From the NCBI RefSeq assembly GCF_018977255.1, contig NW_024704742.1, positions 132,434,001 to 132,498,000 on the forward strand: a stretch of DNA of 64,000 nt, in the 5' to 3' direction. Shown here in pieces: positions 51,500 through 63,752 of the stretch. Source of the stretch: Callorhinchus milii. Taxonomy: Eukaryota. A program made the position numbers and the translations under genes. Each line of letters starts with the position of its first letter. Within the stretch, counting starts at the first letter, position 1. Below the pieces are notes generated by a model. That model had not been told where the DNA came from. It searched no databases and was given only the letters and a program-made list of their open reading frames with translations.

Positions 51500-53612
51500 A
51501 ATAATCTCCTAACACGGCTCACCCTACACTCCTTTGCCCCCATCTCCCCTTCCTCCCTTTCCCCCACCATCACCCAGACTAAGCCCACCTCCTGCTGCAT
51601 CGACACCCCCTCCTGTGCCCACTGGTGGCTGACACAATCAACCAGTCCCTCTCCTCAGGCTCTGTCCCACTCCCATTCAAAACCGGTGTCATCACTCCTC
51701 TCCTTAAAAAACTTACTCGATCCCTCAACCTCACAAACTTCAGACACATCTCAAACCTGCCCCTCCAGACCAAAGTTTTGGAATGCTATGTTGCATATCA
51801 ACTTCGCTCACATCTCTCCCTCCACTCCCTACTCGAAGCCCTCCAGTCTGCTTTTCGCCTTGCATAGAGATAGCACCCGTCAAAGTAAAAAATGACATCC
51901 TCGCTCTGTGACCAGGGCTACCTGTGCTTCTCGTTCTCCTCGACCTCTCTGCCGTGTTTGATATAGTCGATCACGCAATCCTCCTTCACTGCCTCTTCTT
52001 CCCCTTCAACCTTAGTGGGACTGCAGTCACACAACTTGAGTCCTACTTAACAAACCGCCAACAATACATCTGGGCAAATGTTTTTTCCTCCGTCCCCTAC
52101 CCGGTCACTTACGAGGTACCCCAAGGTTCCGTCCTTGGCCCCATCCTTTTCCTTATCTATGTACACCTCCTCAGCGAGGTCATCCGCAGACATGGGGTCA
52201 ACAACAACAACAATCGCTGGTCTCCCCAGCTCCAACATACACAAAATCCAGCAACATTTGGGGGCAGAGTGGCTGAAGGCTCACCCGCTAATAATGGGCT
52301 GGGCGAGGAAGGGGACGTGAAGCAGGCCGGAGCCCGCTGAGTGGAGGGAGCGGGCAGGTTGCTACGGGGCTAGGAGGTTGCAGAGGTAGGGGGAAGCAAG
52401 GCCATGGAGGGCTTTGAAGGTGAGGACTAGGATCTTGAACTGTATCCTCTGTGTGATGGGCCAGTGGAGTCGGGCAAGGATGGGGGTGATAGGAACCTGT
52501 GGGAGAGGACATGAAAAAGTTCTGGGTAATCTGCACCTATGGATGGAGGAGTTTGGGAGGCTAACAAGCAGGAGTTTTCATAGTCGAGCCTGGATGTTAT
52601 GAATGCATGTATGAGGGTTTTGGCTGCCTGCGGTGTCAGACAGTGACAGAGCTGGGCGATGTTGCAGAGGTGGGGGAAGGCAGAGCGGGTCATGGCACAG
52701 ATGTGGGGTAGAAGGGATAGTTGAGGGAAGTTGGAAGTTGACCCCATGTCTGCGGAGAAGTAGATTTGGGTGTCGTCCTTTTGCAGCTGCGACTCCCAGT
52801 CTGCTGATGTCTTGTCAACTTGTCTGATGGATATCAAGGCCTGGATGAGCGCAGATTTCTTGCAGCTGAATGTCGGCAAGACGGAAGCCATACTTTTTGG
52901 CTCCCGTCAACGTCTTCTCTCCTGCGGGTCTGAACTCCTCAACTCCTGATCTGGACAGTTTTTTTCCACCTCTGCCACATTGCCCACCTCCATCCATAAC
53001 TCAAAACCGATCCAGCTGAAACCCTTGTCCATGCCTTTGTCACTTCCCGGTATGACTATTCCAATGTCCTCCTCACTGGGCTCCGCAGCTCAACTATGCA
53101 CAAAATCCAATTAATTCAAAACTCCGCTGCCCGGATACTCACCCGCACAAAACTCCATAACCCTATCATACTAGTCCTTGCCAGGCTCCACTGGCTCCCA
53201 ATCACTAAACAGATTGACTTCAAGATCCTCTCACTCGTTTTCAAATGCCTTCATTCCTTCACACCTCCCTACCTATCCGACCTGCTTATCCCCCCACTCC
53301 ACCACACGCTGCCTCTGTTCGGCTGGCTCCGGCCTCCCAATCTACCCTCATGCCCTCTGCTCCAGCATCAGTGGCCGTGCCTTCAGCCACCACCACCCAA
53401 AACTTTGGAACACTCTCCCTCAATCCCTCTGCTTTGCCCTCCTCACTCTCCACATTCAAATTCCACTGAAAGGCCTCCTTCTTTGGTCATGCTTATGGTC
53501 ATCTACCACTGTCCTCTCCCCCTGGCTTGGGGTCAGAATCCGCCACTGTCAAGCAAGCCCTCTGGGACGCCACCCTGCGTGAAGAGCGCTATATAAATGC
53601 AAGTTGTTGTTG
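51500..53612. mobile_element. Composite L2 locus: + strand RT (51500-52202), - strand L2 segment (about 52255-52780), + strand remainder to the tail (about 52780-53612)
   Basis: LLDLSAVFDIVDH...VPQGSVLGPILFLIY on +, [14 protein letters not shown] on -, [12 protein letters not shown]...HWLPI on +. Confidence 0.85.
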
Positions 53613-53723
53613 TAATGGTGTTTAATTTTCTATAGCCTACAGATTGTGCTAGCTAATTAAAATTTGTAGCAATTGTGCAGGGAGTTTATCAAGGCAATGA
53701 AAGTATATGTGTTTCTGCAATAG

Positions 53724-53819
53724 GATGAAGATGAAACAATGGAGTATGGAGATGGAGGTGAAGACTGGATGGGAAGACCTCTTCTTAAACCTCCTGATCA
53801 ACTGGAACTTTCTGAAACA
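53724..53819 (+). CDS. DNAI1: DNAI1 exon 3 (96 nt): DEDETMEYGDGGEDWMGRPLLKPPDQLELSET
   Basis: Acceptor caatag|GAT, donor ACA|gtgagt. Contains the conserved PPDQLEL motif. Confidence 0.93.
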
Positions 53820-54167
53820 GTGAGTTAATTTTGCTCGTGCAAGTGAAGGGAGTACAATATAATCTAAAAAAAATCAGACCTGCATCACAGCCCTGCCTTA
53901 ATGTGTTTCATTATAGCATGAATTCGCTTGTAACACGGTTGCACTGTGTTCGCTGTTCATTACTCATGTGTGCATTTGTCTGGTGCATGGGAAACAAGCA
54001 TTAAATGGTCAAATTTGTTTTGTTTTTACATTTGTATTGCGCCTTTGGTTACTTCCAATGCCACATGCTGCTTTGCTACACATACCCCTTATTATAATGT
54101 GGAGTTGGGATTTTATGGATTCTAAACACCATATTGCAATGTTGTTGCATTGAGGCTGGACTGTACT

Positions 54168-54900
54168 ACAACAACAACAAAAACAACAAATTGCTTTGTT
54201 TTCATGTCAGGGGGACATCCCAAAGCACTGGACAGTGAAGGGTTTCCACCCGAGTTGGGGGTTGGAATCAAGATGGGTGGAGGGCAAAGTGAGGCGGAGG
54301 TGAGAAGATGACTGCAGGCAGGGTCAAGGAAGAAGGTCTCAAGATGGCCTTGAAGGAGGCAAGGGAGGGATTGAGGCGGACGGGCTCCAGGATGGAGTTC
54401 CAGAAGGAAGGGGCAAAAAGGCAGAAAGTCCGACCACCGACGGTGATGTGAGCAGGACGGGGACGTGAACAGGCCAGTGCCTGATGAACGAAGGGAGCGG
54501 ACAGGTTGGTAAAATTTTAGTAGGTGACAAAGTAGGGAGGAGTAATATCATGGAGGACTTTAAAGGTGAGGACGAGGATCCTCTGGGAGCCGGTGAAGCC
54601 GGGCGAGGATGGGGGTGATTGGGTTACAGAGTTTAGTGAGAGTGAACACGAGCTGCAGAGTTCTGAATAATCTGCAGCTTGTGGAGGAAAGAGTTGGGAA
54701 GTGTGTCAAGCAGAAAGTTAGCAGAAGTCAAGCTGGATGTAACGAAAGTCCATGACTCGTGTTCCAACACTTAGATGAATGAGGATAGTGAGAGATAGTG
54801 GCGGAGGAGGGCAATGTTTATCAAGAATCATCCATGAATAGTGATGCTATACTGTCAGCGCTTGTTGTGAAGAGGTGCTGATAGGAGCCAAGCAGGAGGG
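54168..54900 (-). mobile_element. L2 3' fragment
   Basis: (AAC)n tail and ORF2 C-terminal similarity. Confidence 0.8.
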
Positions 54901-55077
54901 TCGCTGTACTTCTAAACTGACATCCTGGTAGCTTAGTTGGTGGAGCATCTGATTTGGTTTGGGTCCTTCTACACTATTGCAATCTGCAAAATGAGTACCA
55001 TATCAAAAGGATATCAAATGTAAACTCTGGTTGATTTTTGTTCTCCATAACTCGGGGATGCTAAGGACAACTGTACA

Positions 55078-55672
55078 CAACAACAACAACAACAAATTAC
55101 ATTTGTATAATGCCTTTCCCATTGGGAGGACGTCCCAAGGCACTGGACAATCAGTATTTTGGACCCAAGCTGAGGGTTGGATCTGGGAGGGTGGAGGGCA
55201 AGGGGTGGATAGAGAGGTGACTGAAGGCACCGTTGAAGAGGAGGGTCTTGAGATGGGTCTTGAAGGAGGCAAGGGAAGGGGCGAGCTGGAGCGACTGTGG
55301 GATGGAATTCCAGAGGGTGGGGGAAGAGTGGCTGAAGACCCGACCGCCAGTGGTGGGGCGGGCGAGGTGGGGGATCCAGCAACCTGGATCCCATTGATCA
55401 GAGGGAGCAGGTAGGTGAGAGTTAGAAGATTGCAGAGGTAGGGGAGAGCAAAGCCATGGAGGACTTTGAAAGTGTGGACCAGGATCTTTAACTGTATCCT
55501 CTGTGTGATGGGAAGCCAGTGGAATTGGGAGAGGATGAGAGTGATAGCCTGGTGCGGAAGAGGACACAGGCTGCAGAGTTCTGAATAATCTGCTGCCTAT
55601 GGAGGGAGGAGTTCGGGAGGCCGACAAGCGGGGAGTTTACATAGTCAAGCCAGGATGTTATGAATGCATGTA
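55078..55672 (-). mobile_element. L2 family A 3' fragment
   Basis: IHAFITSWLDYVNSPLVGLPNSSLHRQQIIQNSAA and PTLWNSIPQSL...FKTHLKTLLF peptides. Confidence 0.88.
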
Positions 55673-56157
55673 TACACTCCTGCTGCCCCACCCCCACCTG
55701 TCCCCCATCCCTTACCAACATACAGTCTGTATTCTTCACAGAAGCAAAATCAACAAAAATGATCTTCAAAACTTTGAACTGTATATTTCACGACAAGGTG
55801 TTCCCAACAGACATTGAACCTGGTTAAAATTAACTAGAAAAACATTTAAAAGAGAGATAGACAAATTCTTGAATGGTAGAGGTATTAAGGGATAAGGGGA
55901 AAGGGCTTGGTATTGGGATTAAAAGATTGCCAAAATCTAATAAAAGTGTCGGAACAAAATTAATGGGCTGAATTCCTGCCTATGTTTTCCTATGACTGTC
56001 ATATCTAGTGAAATGAAGGAGAGAGTAAGTAATGTAACTTAATTAATTACTTCATTTCTTCTTCAAGTATATAAAATCCCCAATTATTGTGCACCTATAA
56101 TAAATAATACCTTCTAACAGAGGAATTACTCTAATCCAAACAATTTATAGTCTAGTT

Positions 56158-56236
56158 CAGGGATGGCCAATTTCACATGCGTAGAATAGACACATGGGCC
56201 ACATGTGGCCTGCTGGCTGCAAGTTGCCCATCTCTA
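56158..56236. mobile_element. 79-bp hAT (Charlie-like) MITE with an 8-bp TSD
   Basis: TSD GTCTAGTT at 56150-56157 and 56237-56244. Imperfect TIRs cagggatggccaa / ttgcccatctcta. Confidence 0.8.
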
Positions 56237-56409
56237 GTCTAGTTATTTATAATAAACGTTTTAAAAATAATTCCATTTTAGTAGATATGCTTTTGTTTTT
56301 TGTGTCAATATATTATTCCCCTTGAAAGGCTTTTCATTCCTAAAATAGTATTTGTTGGGCTGAAAATGTTGTTTTTGTATTTTAGCCATACTGTTTGATT
56401 ATCTTTTAG

Positions 56410-56490
56410 GAATTGAAGGAAGAAATTACTCGAATTCTTACAGCCAACAACCCACACGCTCCACAAAATATCGTGAGATTCAACTTTAAA
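56410..56490 (+). CDS. DNAI1: DNAI1 exon 4 (81 nt): [27 protein letters not shown]
   Basis: Acceptor ttttag|GAA, donor AAA|gtgagt. Contains the diagnostic [17 protein letters not shown] motif. Confidence 0.97.
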
Positions 56491-56947
56491 GTGAGTGACA
56501 TTCTTCAAATGGACTGTTTGCATTCAGGACACTGCAATGGTTGTCGTTTCTTCCGAGTTGTTGGCAGAAAATGTTTTCATTGTCTGATGTGCAGTAGATT
56601 GGTTACTCTAAACAAACCACATCATCAAATATTGCTTTGGTAGTGTTAACATTTTCTAATTAAAAATAAGTTTATTTGGAACTTATTCACAATGTCTAAC
56701 TTGTATTCAGAATGGAATAAACTCTCTTCACTGTTCTTGTATCTAACACAATGGTTATAGATTGCTGCCCTTTCGATCTCAAATTGCAAATGACCAAAGA
56801 GGCATAATGAGTTTATTAATCATTTTCTGTTCAAAGATTACAAGCACAAAACAAGGCATAGATCTGAACTTACAGCACAGTTTAGTATCAGCTGATTGGC
56901 ACATGGAAGAATTTACAGTACAAGGTGAAGAATTTACAGTACAAGGT

Positions 56948-57262
56948 GGAATCCTGTAGCTCAGTGGTTAGAGCACTTGCCTTGCAAGCGAGACACCTGG
57001 GTTCAATTCCAGGCAGGGCGAAACCTGGGGCAAGTTTCCTTACTCCACACGTCTAATAATAATCCCTCCAAAACAAAACAATAATAAATTGGTCATTTCA
57101 ATCCACGACTGTTTGTGGGACACTGCTGTGCGCAATTGGCTGCCGCGTTTCGCCCACAAATATACAGTCAATTCACTTTACAGCATATTCTGTGAAGCGC
57201 TTTGAGACATCTAGAAGACGTGAAAAGCGCTATATCAAATGCAAGGATTATTATTATTATAA
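56948..57262 (+). mobile_element. Full-length SINE (short form) with a tRNA-Ala(TGC)-like head
   Basis: tcctgtagctcagtggttagagcacttgcCTTGCAAgcgagacacctgggttcaattcc, then the central domain and a (TTA)n tail. Confidence 0.9.
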
Positions 57263-57355
57263 TAAGAAATACAAACTGCAAAGGTTTTAAAAAAGGAACT
57301 ATATAAGTTCCTGTCCACTAACAGGATTCAGAGTTATTTGATTTAGAGATAAATA

Positions 57356-57814
57356 CAGTGCACTCCACTTAATTGGATATCAGATAATTGCATACTCCAT
57401 TTAAATGTATAACAATTTTCAGGTACTGAAAATTCACTATTTGTTTGCACAGTATTACACTCTGCTTAAATACATATCAGATAAATGCATAATTCACTTA
57501 AATGCATGAAAAATAGCCAGCCAATTTTATTCACACCTGTATAATTAGTTTGGATAACTGCATTGGCTTTGGAGTTGACCACATGACCATGTACAATTTG
57601 ACTTGCATATTTGGCGAGTTCTAATAGGAGGTATATCACACTTACTTTAGCTTACTACTTTAGTTGTCCTGAAGTAATAAATATATACTGTTTGTTTCAT
57701 ATGAATTGAATTACCCGGAGTTCAGTTGACCATGCCTTCAAGTAATTGCATACTCTGTATAATTGCATGGCATTTGTCTAGTCCTCACCTCATAAAATTA
57801 AAAGGAGCGCACTG
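57356..57814. mobile_element. Tigger/pogo-like MITE with internal subrepeats
   Basis: TA|cagtgcactccacttaatt ... aattaaaaggagcgcactg|TG, with repeated taattgcatactc motifs inside. Confidence 0.65.
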
Positions 57815-58335
57815 TGCATTTAAAGAACTTTATGGGACATTGTATAAGTAAGCTAGATTAACTGATGATCTACTCCTGTAATGTTACCTTCCATGATCGC
57901 CACCCTCCGCCCTCCCCCTTTTCCTCTTGGATGCAAGTAAACAGCACAACTTACAATTGCACAATTCAATTTTTCAAGCTGAATCTAAGTTTTCCATAGT
58001 TCTCTTAAATTGGTCAAGCAACTTGTATCTGCTTTTCACACTATTGTAGCTCAAGACTATTACAATTGTATACCTGAAGTTGAAATACCAGTTGTAACAA
58101 TAAAATATGCAGTTCTCCTCTGAAATTAAAAAGGGAAGATTTTTAAAACTTTGCACTGTATAAAGTATGAAAGCTATTTGATAAAAATTAAATTTATTGT
58201 GTCATTAATCTTAATGGCTTAGTCTGTTATAAAGCTTTTATAATCATGGGTATAATTTATTTCATGGCATTGTGAGTTACATTTTTCTCATAGGTGGGTT
58301 GTTTTTCTAACTCAACACTTTCTTTTATGCTCAAG

Positions 58336-58462
58336 GAAAGGGTGTACAAACATGTCAGCATAGTAGAGCAACTGGCTGTTCATTATTCAGTGGATGGACA
58401 CTTGCTGCATGTGGATTCGGATGAAGCACGGCGACAATTGTCTAAAATAAGTTCAGTTGGAG
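58336..58462 (+). CDS. DNAI1: DNAI1 exon 5 (127 nt): ERVYKHVSIVEQLAVHYSVDGHLLHVDSDEARRQLSKISSVG
   Basis: Acceptor ctcaag|GAA, donor GAG|gtactg, phase 1. Contains QLAVHY and DSDE.RRQ motifs. Confidence 0.92.
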
Positions 58463-59045
58463 GTACTGTGATTAAGGAAATCTGTTAGATTCAGTTGCAA
58501 ATAGTCTTGATGCCGCTTTTATTACTATGGGTGCTGTGCTGTGGCAGGGATTCCGATACCAAGTTGGAGGCGCTTATAATCCAGTTACTTTACCATTTTC
58601 ATCCACACATCTATAGGCAAAACCTTTACAAGATTATTTTTTATGTGCCTGTAGATACAATACAAGTTACATTTATATAGTGATACCTTTCATATCGGGA
58701 GGAAGTCCCAAAGCACATTTTCGGTGTGTCTGAATTTTGGGCAACTTTGTTTCTAGTGTTTTTCATCCTGGTTGTTACTTTGGTACTGGCAACTGTAAAA
58801 ATAAACATATTTTGCCCACAATGACATCAATCCACTTTACAATATATTCTGTGAAGTGCTTTGAGACATCTCAATGATGTCATAAGAGAACAGAGTTTGA
58901 ATTTTAGCCTTGATTAACGTTTACTGTAATTTAACATTTACCTATGGAAAAGAGTTTAGCAATGTCACACTGGGAAAGGAAATGTTTCATAAGATTTAAA
59001 TTTGGTCATCCTTAAAATCACAACTTTTCCTATTCCTTTGTCCAG

Positions 59046-59155
59046 ACACTACCTCTGTTGTTTCTGGAATAACTGAGCCAAGAGAGGAAGAAGAAATTGA
59101 AGAAACCGAGAATAAGGACGAAGAGGGGACAGAGGAGCCGGAAGCCACAGATATT
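59046..59155 (+). CDS. DNAI1: DNAI1 exon 6 (110 nt), acidic linker: (D)TTSVVSGITEPREEEEIEETENKDEEGTEEPEATDI
   Basis: Acceptor ttgtccag|AC, donor ATT|gtacag. Phases 1 to 0 bridge exons 5 and 7. Glu-rich, as in orthologues. Confidence 0.85.
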
Positions 59156-59807
59156 GTACAGTTTTTAAAGTCTTGGAATGTATTTTTCATTGAGTGCTGT
59201 ATATTGGGGGAGTCCTAAAAGTATAGAAACTTACATCTCAGCAGAAGGCCATACTGGCTCTTTTAAGAGCAATCCTTTCAGTCCATTTACCTGGCACAGA
59301 GGCCAATGTGGCATTCTCATTCCCCTTTAGTTTACTCCTTTTCAGCTATGTATCTTCCTTTTGAAGGTTAACATGAATTTTGCCTCAACCACTGGCATCC
59401 TATAGACGGTATCAATTTAAGTTTGTTAGCAAAACAGTGAGGTTAGGGGGAATTTTTCCAAGCAGTTAGGATATAGAATGCCAGTGACTTTACTCCATTG
59501 CATGCTTCACTTTGTGCTTCCCATGGTCTTTTCCCCTTTCGAGCATAACATTCAAACTAGTTCAAGGTGTAATTCTTTAACCAGTAAAAGGTTACTTAAA
59601 ACGCTAGAGATTAGGTTGGTTAACAAACCATGTGTATTGGAGACAACATTTGCAGTTTTACTTATTTAACACTTACTTTTTTTTCTAACTAAGTGATTTC
59701 CAGTAAAATATGCCTGTAAAATTTCAATTTGTGATTGATTAGAAATACAGATCATTATTGAATTGCATGTATTACTTTATGTAATGATATCACTTGTTTC
59801 TCTACAG

Positions 59808-59930
59808 ATAGAAAGCGAAGCGAAAGAGGAAGATGTAGAAAAGGGTGGGAAACCTAAATATGAACGGAAAATCCGCAACCAGTTTAACTTTAGTGAGCGA
59901 GCTTCTCAGACTTTCAACAATCCTGTTCGG
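59808..59930 (+). CDS. DNAI1: DNAI1 exon 7 (123 nt): IESEAKEEDVEKGGKPKYERKIRNQFNFSERASQTFNNPVR
   Basis: Acceptor ctctacag|ATA, donor CGG|gtaagc. Contains the diagnostic NQFNFSERASQT motif. Confidence 0.96.
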
Positions 59931-60581
59931 GTAAGCTACAGTTATAATTTCAATCAAATGCCAATTGGAGCTATAGTTAATGAACTTGTAATACCGAGGA
60001 AAGTTTTTCTCAAATCCCCTTGTTACCTAAAACGTTTAGCTTAGCAAAAATATGCTTCCTTATATTCTTTCCTTTGTACTTTCTGTTTCAGATACAATAT
60101 TGCAATGGTTTTGTGCGTGAGATTCTGGCCACTGGGAAAAATGGGAGATTGTCATAATTCAAGACACAAGCAAACCTGATTGTTGCCTTAATTTCTGTTT
60201 ATATGGGCTTAATACAAAGTTGGGTCTCAATTAGAAATTGATGTCAAATTCTACTGTGATTTGGCAAGTTACTCTGCAGTGTGTGTTTCAATATTATTGA
60301 ACAATAAATAGAAGTGCAAACATCAGTTGGACAGACCATTACTAAACTAGCAAGTTACAGTATATATCAATTACCAATGCAGAAATATTAAGAAAGTCCG
60401 AATCGTGGGTTTATTGGGAGCCAATTTCCTGCTACAAATAAATAATGGAAATATCACTAATTAGAAATTGGTGCATAATAGTTATGTTTCATTGTTAAAA
60501 AAAACACTAAATGCTATTTCCTAGTGAATTAAAAGTCAACGTTAAATTTACAAAAGACATTGGTTAAGCACAGTTGGCATG

Positions 60582-60900
60582 TAATAATAATAATAATCCT
60601 TGCATTTGATATAGCGCTTTTCACGTCGGGAGGACGTCCCAAAGCGCTTAACAGAACACACTGTAAAGTGAATTGACTGTATATTTGTGGGCGAACGCGG
60701 CAGCCAATTCCGCACAGCAATGTCCCACAAACAGTCGTAGATTGAAAATGACCAATTTATTATTGTTTTGTTTTGGAGGGATTATTATTAGGCTCTGTGT
60801 GGAGTAAGGAAACTTGCCCAAGGTTTCGCCCTCTGCCTGGAATTGAACTCAGGTCTCTCACTTGCAAAGCGAGTGCTCTAACCACTGAGCTACAGGACTC
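60582..60900 (-). mobile_element. Full-length SINE (short form with the L2-A stem-loop)
   Basis: Near-identical to 50553-50890. Confidence 0.9.
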
Positions 60901-61093
60901 CAGTTCTGGACACGCATTAGAGAAACAATATAAGAGCCATGGAAAGGGTTATAATTTAGGTTCACATGGATAATACTGTGTCTAATATCAGGAATGGTTC
61001 TATTGTGAGGATAGGTTTGAGAAATTAGATTTGCTTTCACCGGAACTGAGAAAGAGAGCATTTAATAGAGACTTTCAAATTTCTGAAAGATTT

Positions 61094-61404
61094 TAATAAT
61101 AATAATAAACCTTGCATTTGATATAGCACTTTTTACGTCTTCTAGACTTCTCAAAGCGCTTCACAGAATATACTGTAAAGTGAATTGACTGTATATTTGT
61201 GGGCAAAACGTGCAGCCAGTTGTGCACAGCAGTGTCCCACAAACAGTTGTTGATTGAAGTGACCAATTTATTGCTTTTTCCCTTGAGGGTTTATTATCAG
61301 GCGTGTGGGGTAAGGAAACTTGCCCAAGGTTTCACCTTGCTAGGAATTAAACCCAGGTCTCTCGCTTGTGAGGCAAGTGCTCTTACCACTGAGCTACAGG
61401 ACTC
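61094..61404 (-). mobile_element. Full-length SINE within an old CR1 fragment
   Basis: Head, body and tail present. CR1-like flanks span about 60900-61560. Confidence 0.85.
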
Positions 61405-62763
61405 CTGTAGTTTTGACAGAATAGTGAAAGATTATTCCTGCAGTTTGATTAAACGATAACATGGAAGAATAAAAGTAGGAAGAGTCTTCAGGCAGGTTAG
61501 AAATTTTTTTAATACAGGAGGTTATTAGAAAATGGAACGGTTTGCCACAAGTTAGCGTCAATCGCTAAACATCAATCAACAACACGTAGAGAAAACAACA
61601 AATGACAGGAATGTGTATTGACTACCTGTGCCTCTTGCAGGCTTGTTTTGATGCCAAACAGCTGCCCAACCAACCATTGAGTGGTGCCCCACTGAAGTGC
61701 CCCATTGCAGGATGGGTGTTTCTCTGACCACTCGCTAATGCTGTGGACAGTGGCTATCAATGCCCCAATAATTGTAGGGTCAACAAAACTTTGGATACCC
61801 CTGAAATCCTCGGAGGTGGTGGTCTGCATTATCAGCCTGATCGCAGAAGCCATGTGTTGATCCAGCACTCTAGGAGCTCGCTCACTTGCTCACCCTACAT
61901 TTAATAATGCTTACATTTGATAGAATACCTTAAGGTTCTTCACAGAAATTACTGGTGAGTCTAGTGACTGTATTTGTCGGCAAACTCAAAAGCCAATTTA
62001 TGTAACACAGTATCCCATGAAAAATCAGGCGGTGAATTTAACTTTAGAATTGTTTGCCAGGACATCGGAAGAAACTCCCTTCCGATTGAATAGTGTCATG
62101 GGTTCTTTAACATCCTCCTGAAGTTCACAAGACCTCAGTTTAACATCTCATTTAAATGATGGCTCTTTCAACATTAGAGCACTTTCCTAATATTGCTCTG
62201 GAGTGTCAGAGTCCCTGACACAAAGTGTGAACCCGCCACCTGCTGACCTGAGGTAAGAGTGCTTCCATCTGAGACCAGCTAACACCTGCGAGAGTGCTAC
62301 CAACTGAGCCAGATTGACACCTGCCAGATTGGCTAACCATACAGACAGGTGCCACCGCCCCCACGCTGTGGCTACATAATGTGGCTGGATAAACATTTAA
62401 AGAGCAACAAACCAGAAGTTTTTTGGGGGGAAAGAATAAAGAATTGGGATTGGAATAGTTAGCTCCAGTTATGGCACTCACATCTGTTGTAATATCTATT
62501 ATTCTATGTTATGCCAATTTAAATGAATAATGACCTGTGCCGTTTCTACTTATTATTACTATAATCCTTTGATTTTGTTTTGACTGATGCAGTAGTTTCA
62601 ATAAGATTGAAGATGTCAGTAATTGTCCACGTCTACAGAAATGCATTCTTGTCAGGAGTTGTGCAGGTTTCGGTACAAATCTATCAGAGGAATCGTTCAT
62701 TTCAATTCGATTATGTCATCTTTCACTGCCTCAGCATATTTTTTCTTTCACATTGAACTAAGT

Positions 62764-63104
62764 GGAGTCCTGTAGCATAGTGGTTAGCATGCTCGCCTTG
62801 CAAGCAAGAGGACCTGGGTTTGATTCCCAGTTGGGACGCAACTTTAGGCAAGTTTCCTTACTCTACACGCCTCTGTTTACCTTGCAGTAAGTAGGAAGCC
62901 GCTTGTTAGTCGGTTGGCGGATCACTTTCCGGGGGATAATAATCCCTCAGTAATAATAATTGCTGTCACTGCTGTGCACAGTTGGCTGCCTCGTTTCGCC
63001 CACAAAATGCACAGTCACTACACTTTACAGGGTATCCTGTGAAGCGCCTTGAGACATCTCGCAGACATGATAAGACACTATATCAAATGCAAGGATTATT
63101 ATTA
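62764..63104 (+). mobile_element. Full-length SINE (long form)
   Basis: tRNA head with B box ggtttgattccc and tail atcaaatgcaaggattatt. Confidence 0.87.
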
Positions 63105-63210
63105 ACTATTTATACTTCCAAATTCCATCAGTCCCATTTCCTGCTACCCTGTATGTATCTGTTACTGTGTGACAATGATTTTCATAGAAATATTATCCTT
63201 TGTTTTGCAG

Positions 63211-63270
63211 GCGAATGGTTGCCAGACAGAACCGCCACCAAGAGCAAATTTTGCAGCTACTGCCAGTCAG
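63211..63270 (+). CDS. DNAI1: DNAI1 exon 8 (60 nt): ANGCQTEPPPRANFAATASQ
   Basis: Acceptor ttttgcag|GCG, donor CAG|gtaaaa. Contains the CQTEPPPR motif. Confidence 0.96.
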
Positions 63271-63752
63271 GTAAAAATGTGCATATGCAATGCGTTTTCA
63301 TTTTAACTGGTTGCCAATTGATTCTGTAAGTTGTACGGTGTAGAATTATGATAGTATCACTGGGGTATGGGAATAATGTACCTCTGAGTTGTGCTCTATC
63401 CTGAACTGTTTTTTAATTCACTATTGCTGCTCCTCCATATCCTAATTCATATCATACATGCCTTTTGTTTGTTAAATTTTATATATTTTGTATATTTACC
63501 TCTGTACACTATAATACCTATCCAAATCAAATGTCATTTGTGGCATATTTATATCTGAGTTCCACTAGTGAGTTCTGAGTCATCCTTCAACAGCAAAACT
63601 GCATTTTCCTTTGAAATATACAAGAAAAAAGTAGCTGTAGTAATAGGTGCAGTATAACTGTACCGTTTGTTTCTTTTATGTTTTTATGCTGAAGAGGACT
63701 CATGCTGTTGGTTTGATTGTGTATATGACTTGCTTTTTGCTGTTGTGTTCAG

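Noticed and set aside
56948..57020. tRNA-Ala gene (also at 10340-10410, 30703, 49300, 60830, 61330, 62764)
   Set aside because: No proper acceptor stem or terminator. Each continues into the SINE body and tail, so these are SINE heads.
61572..61868. 98-aa ORF with faint resemblance to a Harbinger transposase motif (IIGAL...H)
   Set aside because: The catalytic Asp is absent and I see no other motifs or TIRs. Too weak to call without an HMM search.
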